A DNA stretch of 64,000 bases from Massilia sp. S19_KUP03_FR1 (GTDB taxonomy: Bacteria; Pseudomonadota; Gammaproteobacteria; Burkholderiales; Burkholderiaceae_D). The DNA is taken from NCBI RefSeq assembly GCF_036688685.1, contig NZ_JAQQPS010000007.1, forward strand, positions 2,013 to 66,012, in the 5' to 3' direction. A model generated the notes under the pieces. It saw only the letters and a list, made by a program, of their open reading frames with translations. It was not told the origin of the DNA and made no database searches. Shown here in pieces: positions 10,146 to 18,180 of this stretch (position 1 is its first letter; the number at the start of each line of letters is the position of its first letter). The position numbers and the translations under genes were made by a program.

Positions 10146-10175
10146 TTACAAAGGGCTATTGACATGTAATAATCT
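10146..10175 (+). promoter_or_regulatory. Putative sigma70-type promoter upstream of the glycine-zipper gene
   Basis: TTACAA/TTGACA-like -35 boxes and an AATAAT -10-like box in the AT-rich stretch about 100 nt upstream of 10275. Confidence 0.3.
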
Positions 10176-10274
10176 GTATTAGCGCGTGGCGTGCGGCAGG
10201 TGCAGGCATATAGTCCATCCATGCCCTGGCGCTTAGCGATCATTCGATCACCGTTAAGGGAAAAGGATAATGCC

Positions 10275-10739
10275 ATGTTCAAGAACAAAGTCTTTGGTGC
10301 GGTGCTGGTAGCCGCGGCCGCTGTTGCCACGGCAACCGTTTCGACCTCGGCCATGGCGCAAGATCGCGGTGTGAATACCGCCGTCGGCGCGGTGCTCGGT
10401 GCGGCAGTCGGCGGTAGCGCCGGTGGCCGCAACGGCGCCATTGTCGGTGGCGTACTCGGCGCCGCGGTCGGTAATTCGATTGGTTCCCGCAACGACCGCT
10501 ATTACGATAATCGCAACTATGACAACCGCGGCTACGCCAGCGTCGGTTACTACCAGCCAGCGCCAGTGTATGTCGAACCGCGCCCGGTGTACGTTGAATC
10601 GCGTCCGGTCTACTACGCCGAGCCGCGCTACTACGCACCGCCAGTGGTCTACTACGGCGGCGGCCGTGGCTACTACGGCGGTGGCCGGGGCTACCACGAT
10701 CGCGGCCACGGCGACCGCGGTTGGCACCACGGCCGTTAA
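10275..10739 (+). CDS. Glycine-zipper (Gly-zip 2TM / 17-kDa-antigen-like) secreted protein with Tyr/Pro-rich C-terminal repeats
   Basis: SD AAGGA upstream. Signal peptide. GAVLGAAVGGSAGG..GGVLGAAVGNSIG glycine zipper. PVYVEPRPVYVESRPVYY and YYGGGRGYYGGGRGY repeats. Confidence 0.8.
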   Translation: MFKNKVFGAVLVAAAAVATATVSTSAMAQDRGVNTAVGAVLGAAVGGSAGGRNGAIVGGVLGAAVGNSIGSRNDRYYDNRNYDNRGYASVGYYQPAPVYVEPRPVYVESRPVYYAEPRYYAPPVVYYGGGRGYYGGGRGYHDRGHGDRGWHHGR

Positions 10740-10760
10740 GCTGCACCCGCTTGCAAACGA

Positions 10761-10788
10761 ACCGCGTCCTGGACGCGGTTTTTTTTCG
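10761..10788 (+). terminator. Rho-independent terminator (bidirectional-looking)
   Basis: ACCGCGTCC-TGGA-CGCGGT hairpin followed by a T8 run. Confidence 0.7.
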
Positions 10789-10890
10789 TGGCGCTGTTCG
10801 CGCACATCGGGCAGTCTTCCCGTCAGCCGGGCTCGGCAGTGGCAAGCAGCAAGCGTAATGCCTTCGGTATTTGCTGGCCGCGCCGCGAAC

Positions 10891-11134
10891 CGGCTCAGCC
10901 AGCTCTTGAAGAAGGCATCCCAGCCGTTCACACTCTGGAGGTGAATCGCGCCGCGCGCGCGTTCTCCGGCCGCACATTGCCAATGCGTGCCGGATGCCGC
11001 TGCCTGCGCGAAACGCCGGTAGGCCATCGCGCCATCTGTGAAGGATGAAAAAAGTCATCACCGGCTGAGCGAATCCGACACCAGAAAAAGAAGAACATCA
11101 CTTGCCGTATATGCAACTACGCTTTTACACTGTG
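10891..11134. repeat. About 245-bp direct repeat, copy 1 (about 80% identical to 13967..14213)
   Basis: Alignable block ending in the conserved TATATGCAACTAC-N-TTTTACACTGTG. The minus strand carries a MAY.. ORF start, but its reading frame is not conserved between the two copies. Confidence 0.7.
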
Positions 11135-11644
11135 CCTCGAGCGACTTGCGCCCTCGGCCAAAAGCTGTGGTTCGCCGCTAGCCCAAATCTCTCTTTATTG
11201 CGCAAAAAATTATGCATGCCAGGCGCTCGCGATAGCAAACAACGGTGCTGGCGATCAGCTGCTCTTCCTTCGTTCTAACGACTGGTACGAGGCAGAAGTT
11301 TACTACTGGTCACACGAAACCGGTGACTTGACTAAGGTGGCAGAGGATTTTGCCCAGCTCGAACGTCTGTACATGCCGCAAGAAACTGGCCGTGCTGCTC
11401 CACCGTCCGCTTTGGGCAGGGAGCTGCCTGGCTTGATAGTTTGCGGGTTTTTCGCCTTGGCAACCCGCTATGCTTGCTCGACAGGCCGAAACAGGGCAAA
11501 AGCTGTCACACCACGCCCAACTAGACATCCATAGTGAACGGATACAAATTTTGTTCGTAAATTCATCGGTACAAAAATGGTAATCGCCAGTAGTTTCAAG
11601 ATGATACTATTAGTTTCTAATTAATTTTGAATCGGTGTCGTCGC

Positions 11645-12265
11645 ATGAATTCGTCAACAGTATCCGGTGTAGTCACTCGCCGTACCTCCCGGGCCGTTTT
11701 CGACATCCTGCTGTTTTGGTTGGCGTTTCACTCTGTTGCGCAAGCCGACAGCCAATATCTGCAACGCGGTGCAGGCGCGGCAGGCGGCATCGTCGCAGGC
11801 ATTTACATACACGAGTTAGGCCATGCGGCCGTGTCCGACTTCGCCGGTGCAGAACACATCCGCATCCGCATCCCGGGTGCGCACTGCAAGCTGCTTTGCG
11901 GGCAGACAGATGTCACCTGGTCGGCGCGTCCCAGCGCCCCGCAGAGGCGCCTGATTACTGTGGCTGGTTTTGTGAGCAGTAACGTGGCGGCAGAAATTAT
12001 GCTTCAGCACGAAAGCTTGGCCCGCTCCGGCTTCGGCCAAGGGTTGATCGCGACCAACTTGTATTCGAACGCGGTGCACGTGTTTTCGTATTACACCAAG
12101 GTGCGCGGTCGGAACGGCTATCAAGGCAACGATATCGATTCCTTTGAATTGGCAGGTGGCAACCCCCACCTGTTGTCGGCGGGGCTGCTGGCCTATTCGG
12201 CGTATGCCCTGCATCGCATGCACAAGAAACATATACCGGTGCTGTTCGTTAGTGCCCGTTTCTGA
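11645..12265 (+). CDS. Putative secreted HExxH zinc metallopeptidase-like protein
   Basis: Signal peptide (LLFWLAFHSVAQA). IHELGHAAV motif. Low-GC context. Confidence 0.5.
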   Translation: MNSSTVSGVVTRRTSRAVFDILLFWLAFHSVAQADSQYLQRGAGAAGGIVAGIYIHELGHAAVSDFAGAEHIRIRIPGAHCKLLCGQTDVTWSARPSAPQRRLITVAGFVSSNVAAEIMLQHESLARSGFGQGLIATNLYSNAVHVFSYYTKVRGRNGYQGNDIDSFELAGGNPHLLSAGLLAYSAYALHRMHKKHIPVLFVSARF

Positions 12266-12507
12266 CGGGTGATCGCGTCTCGTGCTCTTGCCAAAGGCGA
12301 AAGTTCGCGTCTTGGCCCAGCGCAGCTCCCTTTTGGCTTTCTGGTTTGCGAAAATGCGCCACGACTTTAGCCAGGGTACAGAGGTATTTTCCCTCTCGAA
12401 CCTTCCCTTTGGCTGTTGGATTCGCCACTACATCGGTAGTCACCTTTCAGCGATCATGTTTCGAACGGCTGCGATGGGTCGGATAGATACTGTAGGGCCA
12501 GCCTACG

Positions 12508-12570
12508 AGCTTTTACTGTTTACATTCTGATATGCCGAGCCGAAAACAGCCACGTTCGGCCAACTGTGGA
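12508..12570 (+). repeat. Structured intergenic repeat family, partial copy A (3' half)
   Basis: GATATGCCGAGCCGAAAACAGCCACGTTCGGCCAA. The hairpin CCGAA...TTCGG replaces the inner palindrome. Confidence 0.4.
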
Positions 12571-12627
12571 TACAGTTACAATGTAATAAATATTACTTTG
12601 GAAATACCCAAATTCTGAAAGAAGCAA

Positions 12628-13167
12628 GTGAAAAAATCCTCTCCAACGTGGAGTGATGTCAAAACGAAGTTGGGGGACTTCGACCGCGCTGGCATGCTGG
12701 CCTTGGTGCAGGATATGTACGCCGCCAGCAAAGAAAACCGATCATTTCTGCAGGCTCGATTTGGCCTGGGCGCGGATACCCTCAAGTCCTACAAAACGAC
12801 GATTGCGCGTTGGCTTTGGCCGGACATCTCCAGGGGCCAGGACACTTCGATTTCTAAGGCCAAGAAAGCAATAGCTGACTACAAGAAGGCCGTCGGACGA
12901 CCGGAGGACCAGGCTGAACTGATGACCTTCTATTGCGAGCAGGCGGCAGGCTTTTGCCGCGATGTTGGCTTCTCGGATGAGCGCTTTTTCGTTTCGTTGA
13001 TGGGCATGTTCAGCAAGGCGCTGAAATTGACCCTAACCCTGGCCCCTGTGCCGCGCGATAGTTTGCTGGAGCGTCTCGACGAAGTGAGTCGAATCAGCCA
13101 GGACTTTGGCTACGGGGTGGGTGACGAAATGAACGACCTGCTCGACGAGTACTCGGCTAATGACTGA
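12628..13167 (+). CDS. Hypothetical protein (islet cassette gene)
   Basis: 179-aa ORF with GTG start, unremarkable composition and no recognisable domain. Stop abuts the next ORF. Confidence 0.45.
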   Translation: MKKSSPTWSDVKTKLGDFDRAGMLALVQDMYAASKENRSFLQARFGLGADTLKSYKTTIARWLWPDISRGQDTSISKAKKAIADYKKAVGRPEDQAELMTFYCEQAAGFCRDVGFSDERFFVSLMGMFSKALKLTLTLAPVPRDSLLERLDEVSRISQDFGYGVGDEMNDLLDEYSAND

Positions 13168-13284
13168 GTGGACGGCGACTATCGGTCGATTTCGGCCAGA
13201 ACCGGACTTTCGCAGATCGATAGCGTTCGGCCAACAGCCGCCGTTCGCAAACAGTACTCCCGACGCCATTTCAATGATCACGAC

Positions 13285-13800
13285 ATGACCTCAATCGACG
13301 AAACTTCAAGAGCTATTTTCAGCGCTGCTCGAGAAGGCGACGCAGATACGTTGCTGAGTCTGATAGGCACGAGCCAAGACCGTTTACACGCGCAAACGCC
13401 TTTCGGAACACTTTTGCACATTACGTACGCACGCGGCGATATCGCACTTGTTAAGGAGTTAATTAACCTTGGCGCCGATATTGATCGACGCGGCGGCACG
13501 TTCGACGGTACCGCAATCAATCTGGCAGCATCAAAAGGACAGGTCGAGATCGTCGAGTATCTACTTGAATGTCAGGCCGAGTTGGACGTGAGCGATCCGG
13601 AGCGCAAACTTCTTTGGGGCGGAATCGACTCCGGCAGCGTCGAGATCGTGAAACTACTCGTGGCAGCAGGGATCGACGCAACGGTCAGATATTCAGGTAA
13701 GAACATGACGAATATGGGCGCACTCGATTTTGCTATCGAGAGGGGGCAGGTTGAAGTCGCCGAGTTTCTACAGACTCTGCCTTCGATGCGTGTCAATTGA
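13285..13800 (+). CDS. Ankyrin-repeat protein
   Basis: About 4 ANK repeats (TPLHITYARGDIALVKELINLGADID, TAINLAASKGQVEIVEYLLE, GALDFAIERGQVEVAEFL). ATG at 13285; the ORF is also open from a GTG at 13168. Confidence 0.75.
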   Translation: MTSIDETSRAIFSAAREGDADTLLSLIGTSQDRLHAQTPFGTLLHITYARGDIALVKELINLGADIDRRGGTFDGTAINLAASKGQVEIVEYLLECQAELDVSDPERKLLWGGIDSGSVEIVKLLVAAGIDATVRYSGKNMTNMGALDFAIERGQVEVAEFLQTLPSMRVN

Positions 13801-13966
13801 GAGGCGCGTGTTTTGCCGGCGAACCTCGCTGCCGTAGCAATCGAGGCAACGTCTGGTTTTGGGCGAAACCGACTGGTCAATCACACACGGCTGGCCAGTG
13901 AAATTTTTATCACGTGTAGATCGCAACGAAACAATGACCTCCGCCGCGTCAGTGACGGCTATTAAC

Positions 13967-14213
13967 CGGCGCAGCCAGCCCTTGAACCGGGCATGCCAGC
14001 CGTATTCATTCGGGATCTGGATCGCGCCTCGCGCGCGTTCTCCGGCCCGCACATTGACAAATGCGTGGCGGATGCCGCTGTCCTGCGCGAAATGCCAGTA
14101 GGCCATCGCGCCATCTGTGGAGGATGAAAAAAGTTATCACGGGCCGAGCAGAACCGTCCGCAGAAAAATAAAAACATCCCTTGCGGTATATGCAACTACT
14201 CTTTTACACTGTG
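13967..14213. repeat. About 245-bp direct repeat, copy 2
   Basis: Aligns with 10891..11134. It carries three 1-nt indels relative to copy 1, which shift the MAY-frame ORF. This is consistent with a non-coding or decayed element. Confidence 0.7.
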
Positions 14214-14520
14214 TCTACGCTGTGCAGAAGAAGCATTCAGAACGGATTAAACGTTGGGACGAGGGACGCGCAGTACGTAGAAACAACCCCAAAAATTTTC
14301 AATGATTTGCAGACATGCGTCTCAGCTGCGAAGTTGCTTTGGACGGGGCCTACGTAAGTGCGCTGCACGTGCAGTCCACTTGGCTTCTGAGCCGCGACTT
14401 AATTGATCCGCCTTGGATCGGCAGCCGCCTGTCGAGACAGTCTGCAACTTTTCCAGCTCGGTAACGTGCTATGGTCAATCAAGAGGCTGGATTTTTCCAC
14501 GACCTGCACCAACCAATTCA

Positions 14521-14952
14521 ATGAGGACCAAGTTGGAGAGTGATCGCATAGCAGAATTCGTCGGCCAGACAAATGTATCTCCTGCGCAGTTGTCCGCGGC
14601 TGAGCGCGATACTGTAGTGCGGATTCTCAACAGCCAATTCGCCGTCAACGCAAAATCACTCAGGCCATGGGACGCAACGAATGCCCCAGGCGGCGTACAA
14701 ACTGCAATCGGTTGTGCGTTGATATCAAATTACGTAGCTGACTCCCCGTGTCTGGTATTTTCGTCGGGTGCACCTTCGGTATGGAACTTTTCCAACGGGT
14801 CGGATTTACTGCTTTTCTTAAAGGCTTCGCCACCTTTCGAATTCTATGTCTGCGATGACTTAGCAACCTACATGCTTTGTTATACCGATCATGACTTCAT
14901 TATTGGATGGGGGAAGAGCACTGCATGGGTGGAGCAACTTCGGGCAGATTGA
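14521..14952 (+). CDS. Hypothetical small protein (immunity-protein-like)
   Basis: 143-aa ORF in the low-GC islet. It is followed by a structured repeat. No SD; a TTG at 14413 is an alternative start. Confidence 0.4.
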   Translation: MRTKLESDRIAEFVGQTNVSPAQLSAAERDTVVRILNSQFAVNAKSLRPWDATNAPGGVQTAIGCALISNYVADSPCLVFSSGAPSVWNFSNGSDLLLFLKASPPFEFYVCDDLATYMLCYTDHDFIIGWGKSTAWVEQLRAD

Positions 14953-14989
14953 TCCATCAAACGGACTTGCCGGCATGTCCGCTCAGGGT

Positions 14990-15076
14990 CGTTTCCGGTC
15001 TGTCCTGGCTGCCGCTGAATTTTCGCCATGGCATGCTGTTATGCCGAGTCGACCGGCCGAATTCGGCCAAAAGCGG
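14990..15076 (+). repeat. Structured intergenic repeat family, copy B
   Basis: 5' box GTTTCCGGTCTGTCCTGGCTGCCGCT. CCGCT(gaa)TTTT/AAAAGCGG outer stem. Perfect inner palindrome CCGGCCGAATTCGGCC. 3' GGCCAAA. Confidence 0.6.
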
Positions 15077-15130
15077 ACATAAACTAACGGACCGGCTCTG
15101 TCATTACCATAATCTTCAAGATGTACACAC

Positions 15131-15544
15131 ATGAGAAAAATGTACACTGTACTCCTGCTGTCGACTTTCTTGGTGGGCGCCCGTGCGCAAGCTGAACATA
15201 AAGAAGACTGCGATCGGGCTGAATACTCCCAGCAGTATGCTGCCGGCTTTAATCGCGAGCTAAATGGCGCGCTGGATAGATTCAAAAACCAGGATAAAAG
15301 CTCTCGATCCAAGTTGGACGGGATGAAAGCTGCCAGTGATTTCAAGGTGCAACTTTTGTCGCTGGACGGTATTCCTATGATAGCCGGGGGCAACAAAGCT
15401 GCGGAATTGCGCGCGACGTGTTTGCTTGGGCCAAATGCGATCAGCAAAGCTGACGTTTTGTATGCTGTCACGGAGCGGGCGTGGAAGTTACTCGAATCCA
15501 AGGTCGCAGCGGAAGCGCAAGTGAAAAAAGTTACCATGCCATAA
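15131..15544 (+). CDS. Small secreted hypothetical protein
   Basis: Signal peptide MRKMYTVLLLSTFLVGARAQA. 137 aa. Lys/Glu-rich. Confidence 0.55.
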   Translation: MRKMYTVLLLSTFLVGARAQAEHKEDCDRAEYSQQYAAGFNRELNGALDRFKNQDKSSRSKLDGMKAASDFKVQLLSLDGIPMIAGGNKAAELRATCLLGPNAISKADVLYAVTERAWKLLESKVAAEAQVKKVTMP

Positions 15545-15590
15545 AGTACGTTAGTGCAGGCCTGGCTCGCTAGCCAGATCCGCTTTGGGA

Positions 15591-15680
15591 CGTTTTCTGC
15601 CTGTGGCGCCACCCGCTCGATTTTCAACGTGCCCACCTGCTATGCCCGGCCGAAAGACCGGGTTGGGCCAAAATCGCTCC
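15591..15680 (+). repeat. Structured intergenic repeat family, copy C
   Basis: CGTTTTCTGCCTGTGGCGCCACCCGCT box. CGATTTT/AAAATCG outer stem. Inner hairpin CCCGGCCGAAAGACCGGG. GGCCAAA tail. Stem sequences differ from copy B but keep the pairing. Confidence 0.6.
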
Positions 15681-15702
15681 TGGATCAAGAAAGGAACTGC
15701 AA

Positions 15703-15866
15703 TGCCTCAGCTTTTTGCGCATGACCAAATGGACGTTTGGCACGACGGTTCTGCGATTTGTGTTATCGCTGTAGGTTCACATGGTGATCCATTAGATCTA
15801 TCCGAAAGCGAAGTCGAAGCTCTCATTGCGAAGCTGCAGGCGTCGCTGAAAAAAGCGCGTTCTTGA
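15703..15866 (+). CDS. Small hypothetical protein (54 aa)
   Basis: SD AAGGAA 5 nt before the ATG. Predicted amphipathic C-terminal helix. It sits between repeat copies C and D. Confidence 0.4.
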
Positions 15867-15892
15867 TCTGTCGGCCTGGAATTCCGCTATGG

Positions 15893-15975
15893 GTTGTTTC
15901 CGGCCTGTGGCGCCGGCCGCTGTATTTCTGACCTGGCAACTCGCCATATTCGGCCAGTAGCTGACAAAAGGTGCC
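15893..15975 (+). repeat. Structured intergenic repeat family, copy D (3' part degenerate)
   Basis: GTTTCCGGCCTGTGGCGCCGGCCGCT 5' box is shared with copies B and C. Confidence 0.45.
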
Positions 15976-16119
15976 GGGATATGCCCACCGATTGTCGGGA
16001 GTGAGCTCGAGAACGCATTTGATACACAACAATATTAATTTTACGACAAGTATGGCGTGGTCAATGATTGCCGGACGGTACGGCATGTCGCTGCTGCCAT
16101 CGATACGGGAACCGACACA

Positions 16120-16902
16120 ATGAAACGATTCATTTTGGCCGCCAGCTTGCTGGCGGGTAGCTTGGCCGGCCTTGCACAGGCCGCCGACAAGGCCGACGAT
16201 GCCCAGCTGCGCACGGCCATCGCAGGCAGCAACCGGAGTAGCACCAACGTGGCGCGCGATACTTGGCGCCATCCTTACGAAACGCTCACTTTCTTCGGCA
16301 TCAAGCCGACCATGACGGTGGTCGAACTGATGCCGGAAGGCGGCTGGTACACCGAGATCCTGGCGCCCTACCTGCGCCAGGACGGCAAACTGATCAGCGC
16401 CGGCCTCATACTCAGGAACTTGCTGGAGTCAAACCCGGCGGTCTATGGCAAGGTCGTGCGGGGCGCCTTCAATCCGCCAAAGGCCATCTACAACTTCGCC
16501 CCGCCAAACAGCGTTGACATGGTGCTCACCCTGCGCAACGTGCACAACTTCGTCGAGCTTGGCGACGACAAGGTCAAGGACATGTTCAAGGCGCTATACA
16601 CTAGCCTGAAGCCGGGCGGCGTGCTGGGCGTGACCGATCACCGCCTGCCAGAATCCATGCCGCAAGATGCCACGGCCACGAGCGGCTACGTCCACGAGTC
16701 GTATGTGATCAAAATGGCCGAGAGCGCCGGCTTCAAGCTGGCCGCCAAATCCGAGCTCAACGCCAATCCAAAGGACAAGGCCGACCACAAGGGCGGCGTG
16801 TGGGCGCTGCCGCCGACCCTGAGCAACGCCGCACTTGACCGCGACAAATACCAGGCCATCGGCGAGAGCGACCGCATGACGCTCAAGTTCGTGAAACCAT
16901 AA
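16120..16902 (+). CDS. Secreted class I SAM-dependent methyltransferase family protein
   Basis: Signal peptide MKRFILAASLLAGSLAGLAQA. VVELMPEGGWYTEIL SAM-binding-like motif. LKPGGVLGV. Confidence 0.7.
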   Translation: MKRFILAASLLAGSLAGLAQAADKADDAQLRTAIAGSNRSSTNVARDTWRHPYETLTFFGIKPTMTVVELMPEGGWYTEILAPYLRQDGKLISAGLILRNLLESNPAVYGKVVRGAFNPPKAIYNFAPPNSVDMVLTLRNVHNFVELGDDKVKDMFKALYTSLKPGGVLGVTDHRLPESMPQDATATSGYVHESYVIKMAESAGFKLAAKSELNANPKDKADHKGGVWALPPTLSNAALDRDKYQAIGESDRMTLKFVKP

Positions 16903-17171
16903 CCGGCCAGGGCTCGCCACCTGCGCAGGCGTGCCGGCGGCGTGCGCGTCAGCGCGTTGTGGCTGCGCCGGCAAGCGAGGCAGCGAAACCGCTGCAAGCC
17001 GCTGGCCTGGCCACAGCGGTGCACCCATTGGCTGGCGCAGTGCGGGCAGGCCAGCCATGCGCACAGTTGCGCCAGCGCCGCCGGCGCCAGCACGGCCCCT
17101 TCCAGGGCCTCGAGCAATTGATTGAAAGACAGTGCCTCCATCACCTCCCCCCCATGGCTTACCTCGACCAT
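16900..17171 (-). mobile_element. IS1595/IS1-like transposase N-terminal zinc-ribbon remnant (truncated pseudogene)
   Basis: LACPHCAS...[17 protein letters not shown] (CxxC...CxxC transposase zinc ribbon) then PPARLRRW. Only about 90 codons of homology, then the frame runs antisense into the methyltransferase gene. Confidence 0.45.
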
Positions 17172-17277
17172 GGGTGAAAATGCGGCGGATGGATTTGGTT
17201 CGTCCACTTAACGCGAACCGTTCCTTTTTTCGGACGCCCCCGGCTACGCCCTGGCAGGATCAGCGACGGGGGCAAGC

Positions 17278-18180
17278 ATGCAGGCAGCAGGACAGGCAAT
17301 CACGATGGGCAGCGGCCAGTACATGCTGCGCGAACGCCTCGCCGCGTCCAGCTACGGCATTGTCTGGCGCGCCGACGGCCCGACCGGCCCGGTTGCGATC
17401 AAACTTGTCAATGCGGCGCAGATGGCCAGCGCCGACGCCACCGAACACCATGTCTGGACTGCGTCCGCCCAGCGCGAGATTGCCTTCCTGCGCGCGCTGG
17501 CGCCGTGGGATGCACGCCACATCGTGCGCCTGCTCGGCAGCGGCGAGGTCGACGGTTTGCCGGCCATGGCCCTTGAACTGCTCGACGGCGACCTGGCGCG
17601 CCACGACCTGTCACAACTCGATGCCGGCCAGGCGCTGGCCTGGATCGGCCAGCTGAACCAGGCGCTGGCCAAGGTGCACAGTCACGGCTGGCGCTATCTG
17701 GACCTGAAACCGGCGAATATCCTGCTCGACCGGCGCGCCAGCCTGGTCAAACTGGCCGACTTCGGCACCAACCGTGCACTGGCCGACGTTGCCGCCCACA
17801 CCTACGCCGGCACCGCCAGCTGGCAGGCGCCGGAACAGTTTTTCCCGGATCCGCAGCAGCGCTACCGCAGCGACGCGAGAAGCGATTATTTTGCACTGGG
17901 CGCATTGCTGTTTTACCTGGTGTCGGGCGGCCAGCCGCTGCGCTACGGATCGGCGTGCGGCGCCGCATGGCGCGCCCACGGCCGCGCCGGCGCCGTGCAA
18001 CTGCGCGACCAGCACCAGGGCGCCCTGCCGGCTGTCCTGCACGACGATGAAGCCGCGCTGTTCGCGCGGCGCGGCGGCGCGCGCGCGCTGCCACTCCTGC
18101 GCGCCCTGCTTGCCGTCGAACCGGCGCGGCGCCCGCGCCACGCCCTCGACATCAGCCGCGCCCTGGCGAGCGCCGCATGA
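17278..18180 (+). CDS. Ser/Thr protein kinase (Hanks-type)
   Basis: VAIK, HRDLKPANILLD-like (YLDLKPANILLD), DFG and APE motifs. Stop overlaps the next gene (ATGA). Confidence 0.85.
   Translation: MQAAGQAITMGSGQYMLRERLAASSYGIVWRADGPTGPVAIKLVNAAQMASADATEHHVWTASAQREIAFLRALAPWDARHIVRLLGSGEVDGLPAMALELLDGDLARHDLSQLDAGQALAWIGQLNQALAKVHSHGWRYLDLKPANILLDRRASLVKLADFGTNRALADVAAHTYAGTASWQAPEQFFPDPQQRYRSDARSDYFALGALLFYLVSGGQPLRYGSACGAAWRAHGRAGAVQLRDQHQGALPAVLHDDEAALFARRGGARALPLLRALLAVEPARRPRHALDISRALASAA

Noticed and set aside
10254-11061. MAY.../MHI... minus-strand ORFs running from the 245-bp repeat antisense through the glycine-zipper gene; copy-2 counterpart 13768..14106
   Set aside because: Reading frame is not conserved between the two repeat copies (three 1-nt indels). 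The ORFs continue antisense across real genes. Treated as non-coding repeat sequence or a decayed fragment, not a gene.
12282-12530. 82-aa ORF in the spacer after the HExxH gene
   Set aside because: No SD and no composition signal. It overlaps the partial structured repeat. Likely non-coding.
14983-15636. 217-aa minus-strand ORF across the islet
   Set aside because: Antisense to two plus-strand genes and a repeat. Odd composition. No start context.
14990-15680. Classical integron attC identity for the structured repeats
   Set aside because: Imperfect-palindrome architecture and extrahelical bases are suggestive, but only one copy has a GTTRRRY core and no RYYYAAC inverse core was found. No intI gene is in the window. 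Kept as a hypothesis only.
16686-17207. Full 173-aa ORF as an intact transposase gene
   Set aside because: Only the first 90 codons look transposase-like. The remainder overlaps the methyltransferase gene antisense. Called a remnant instead.
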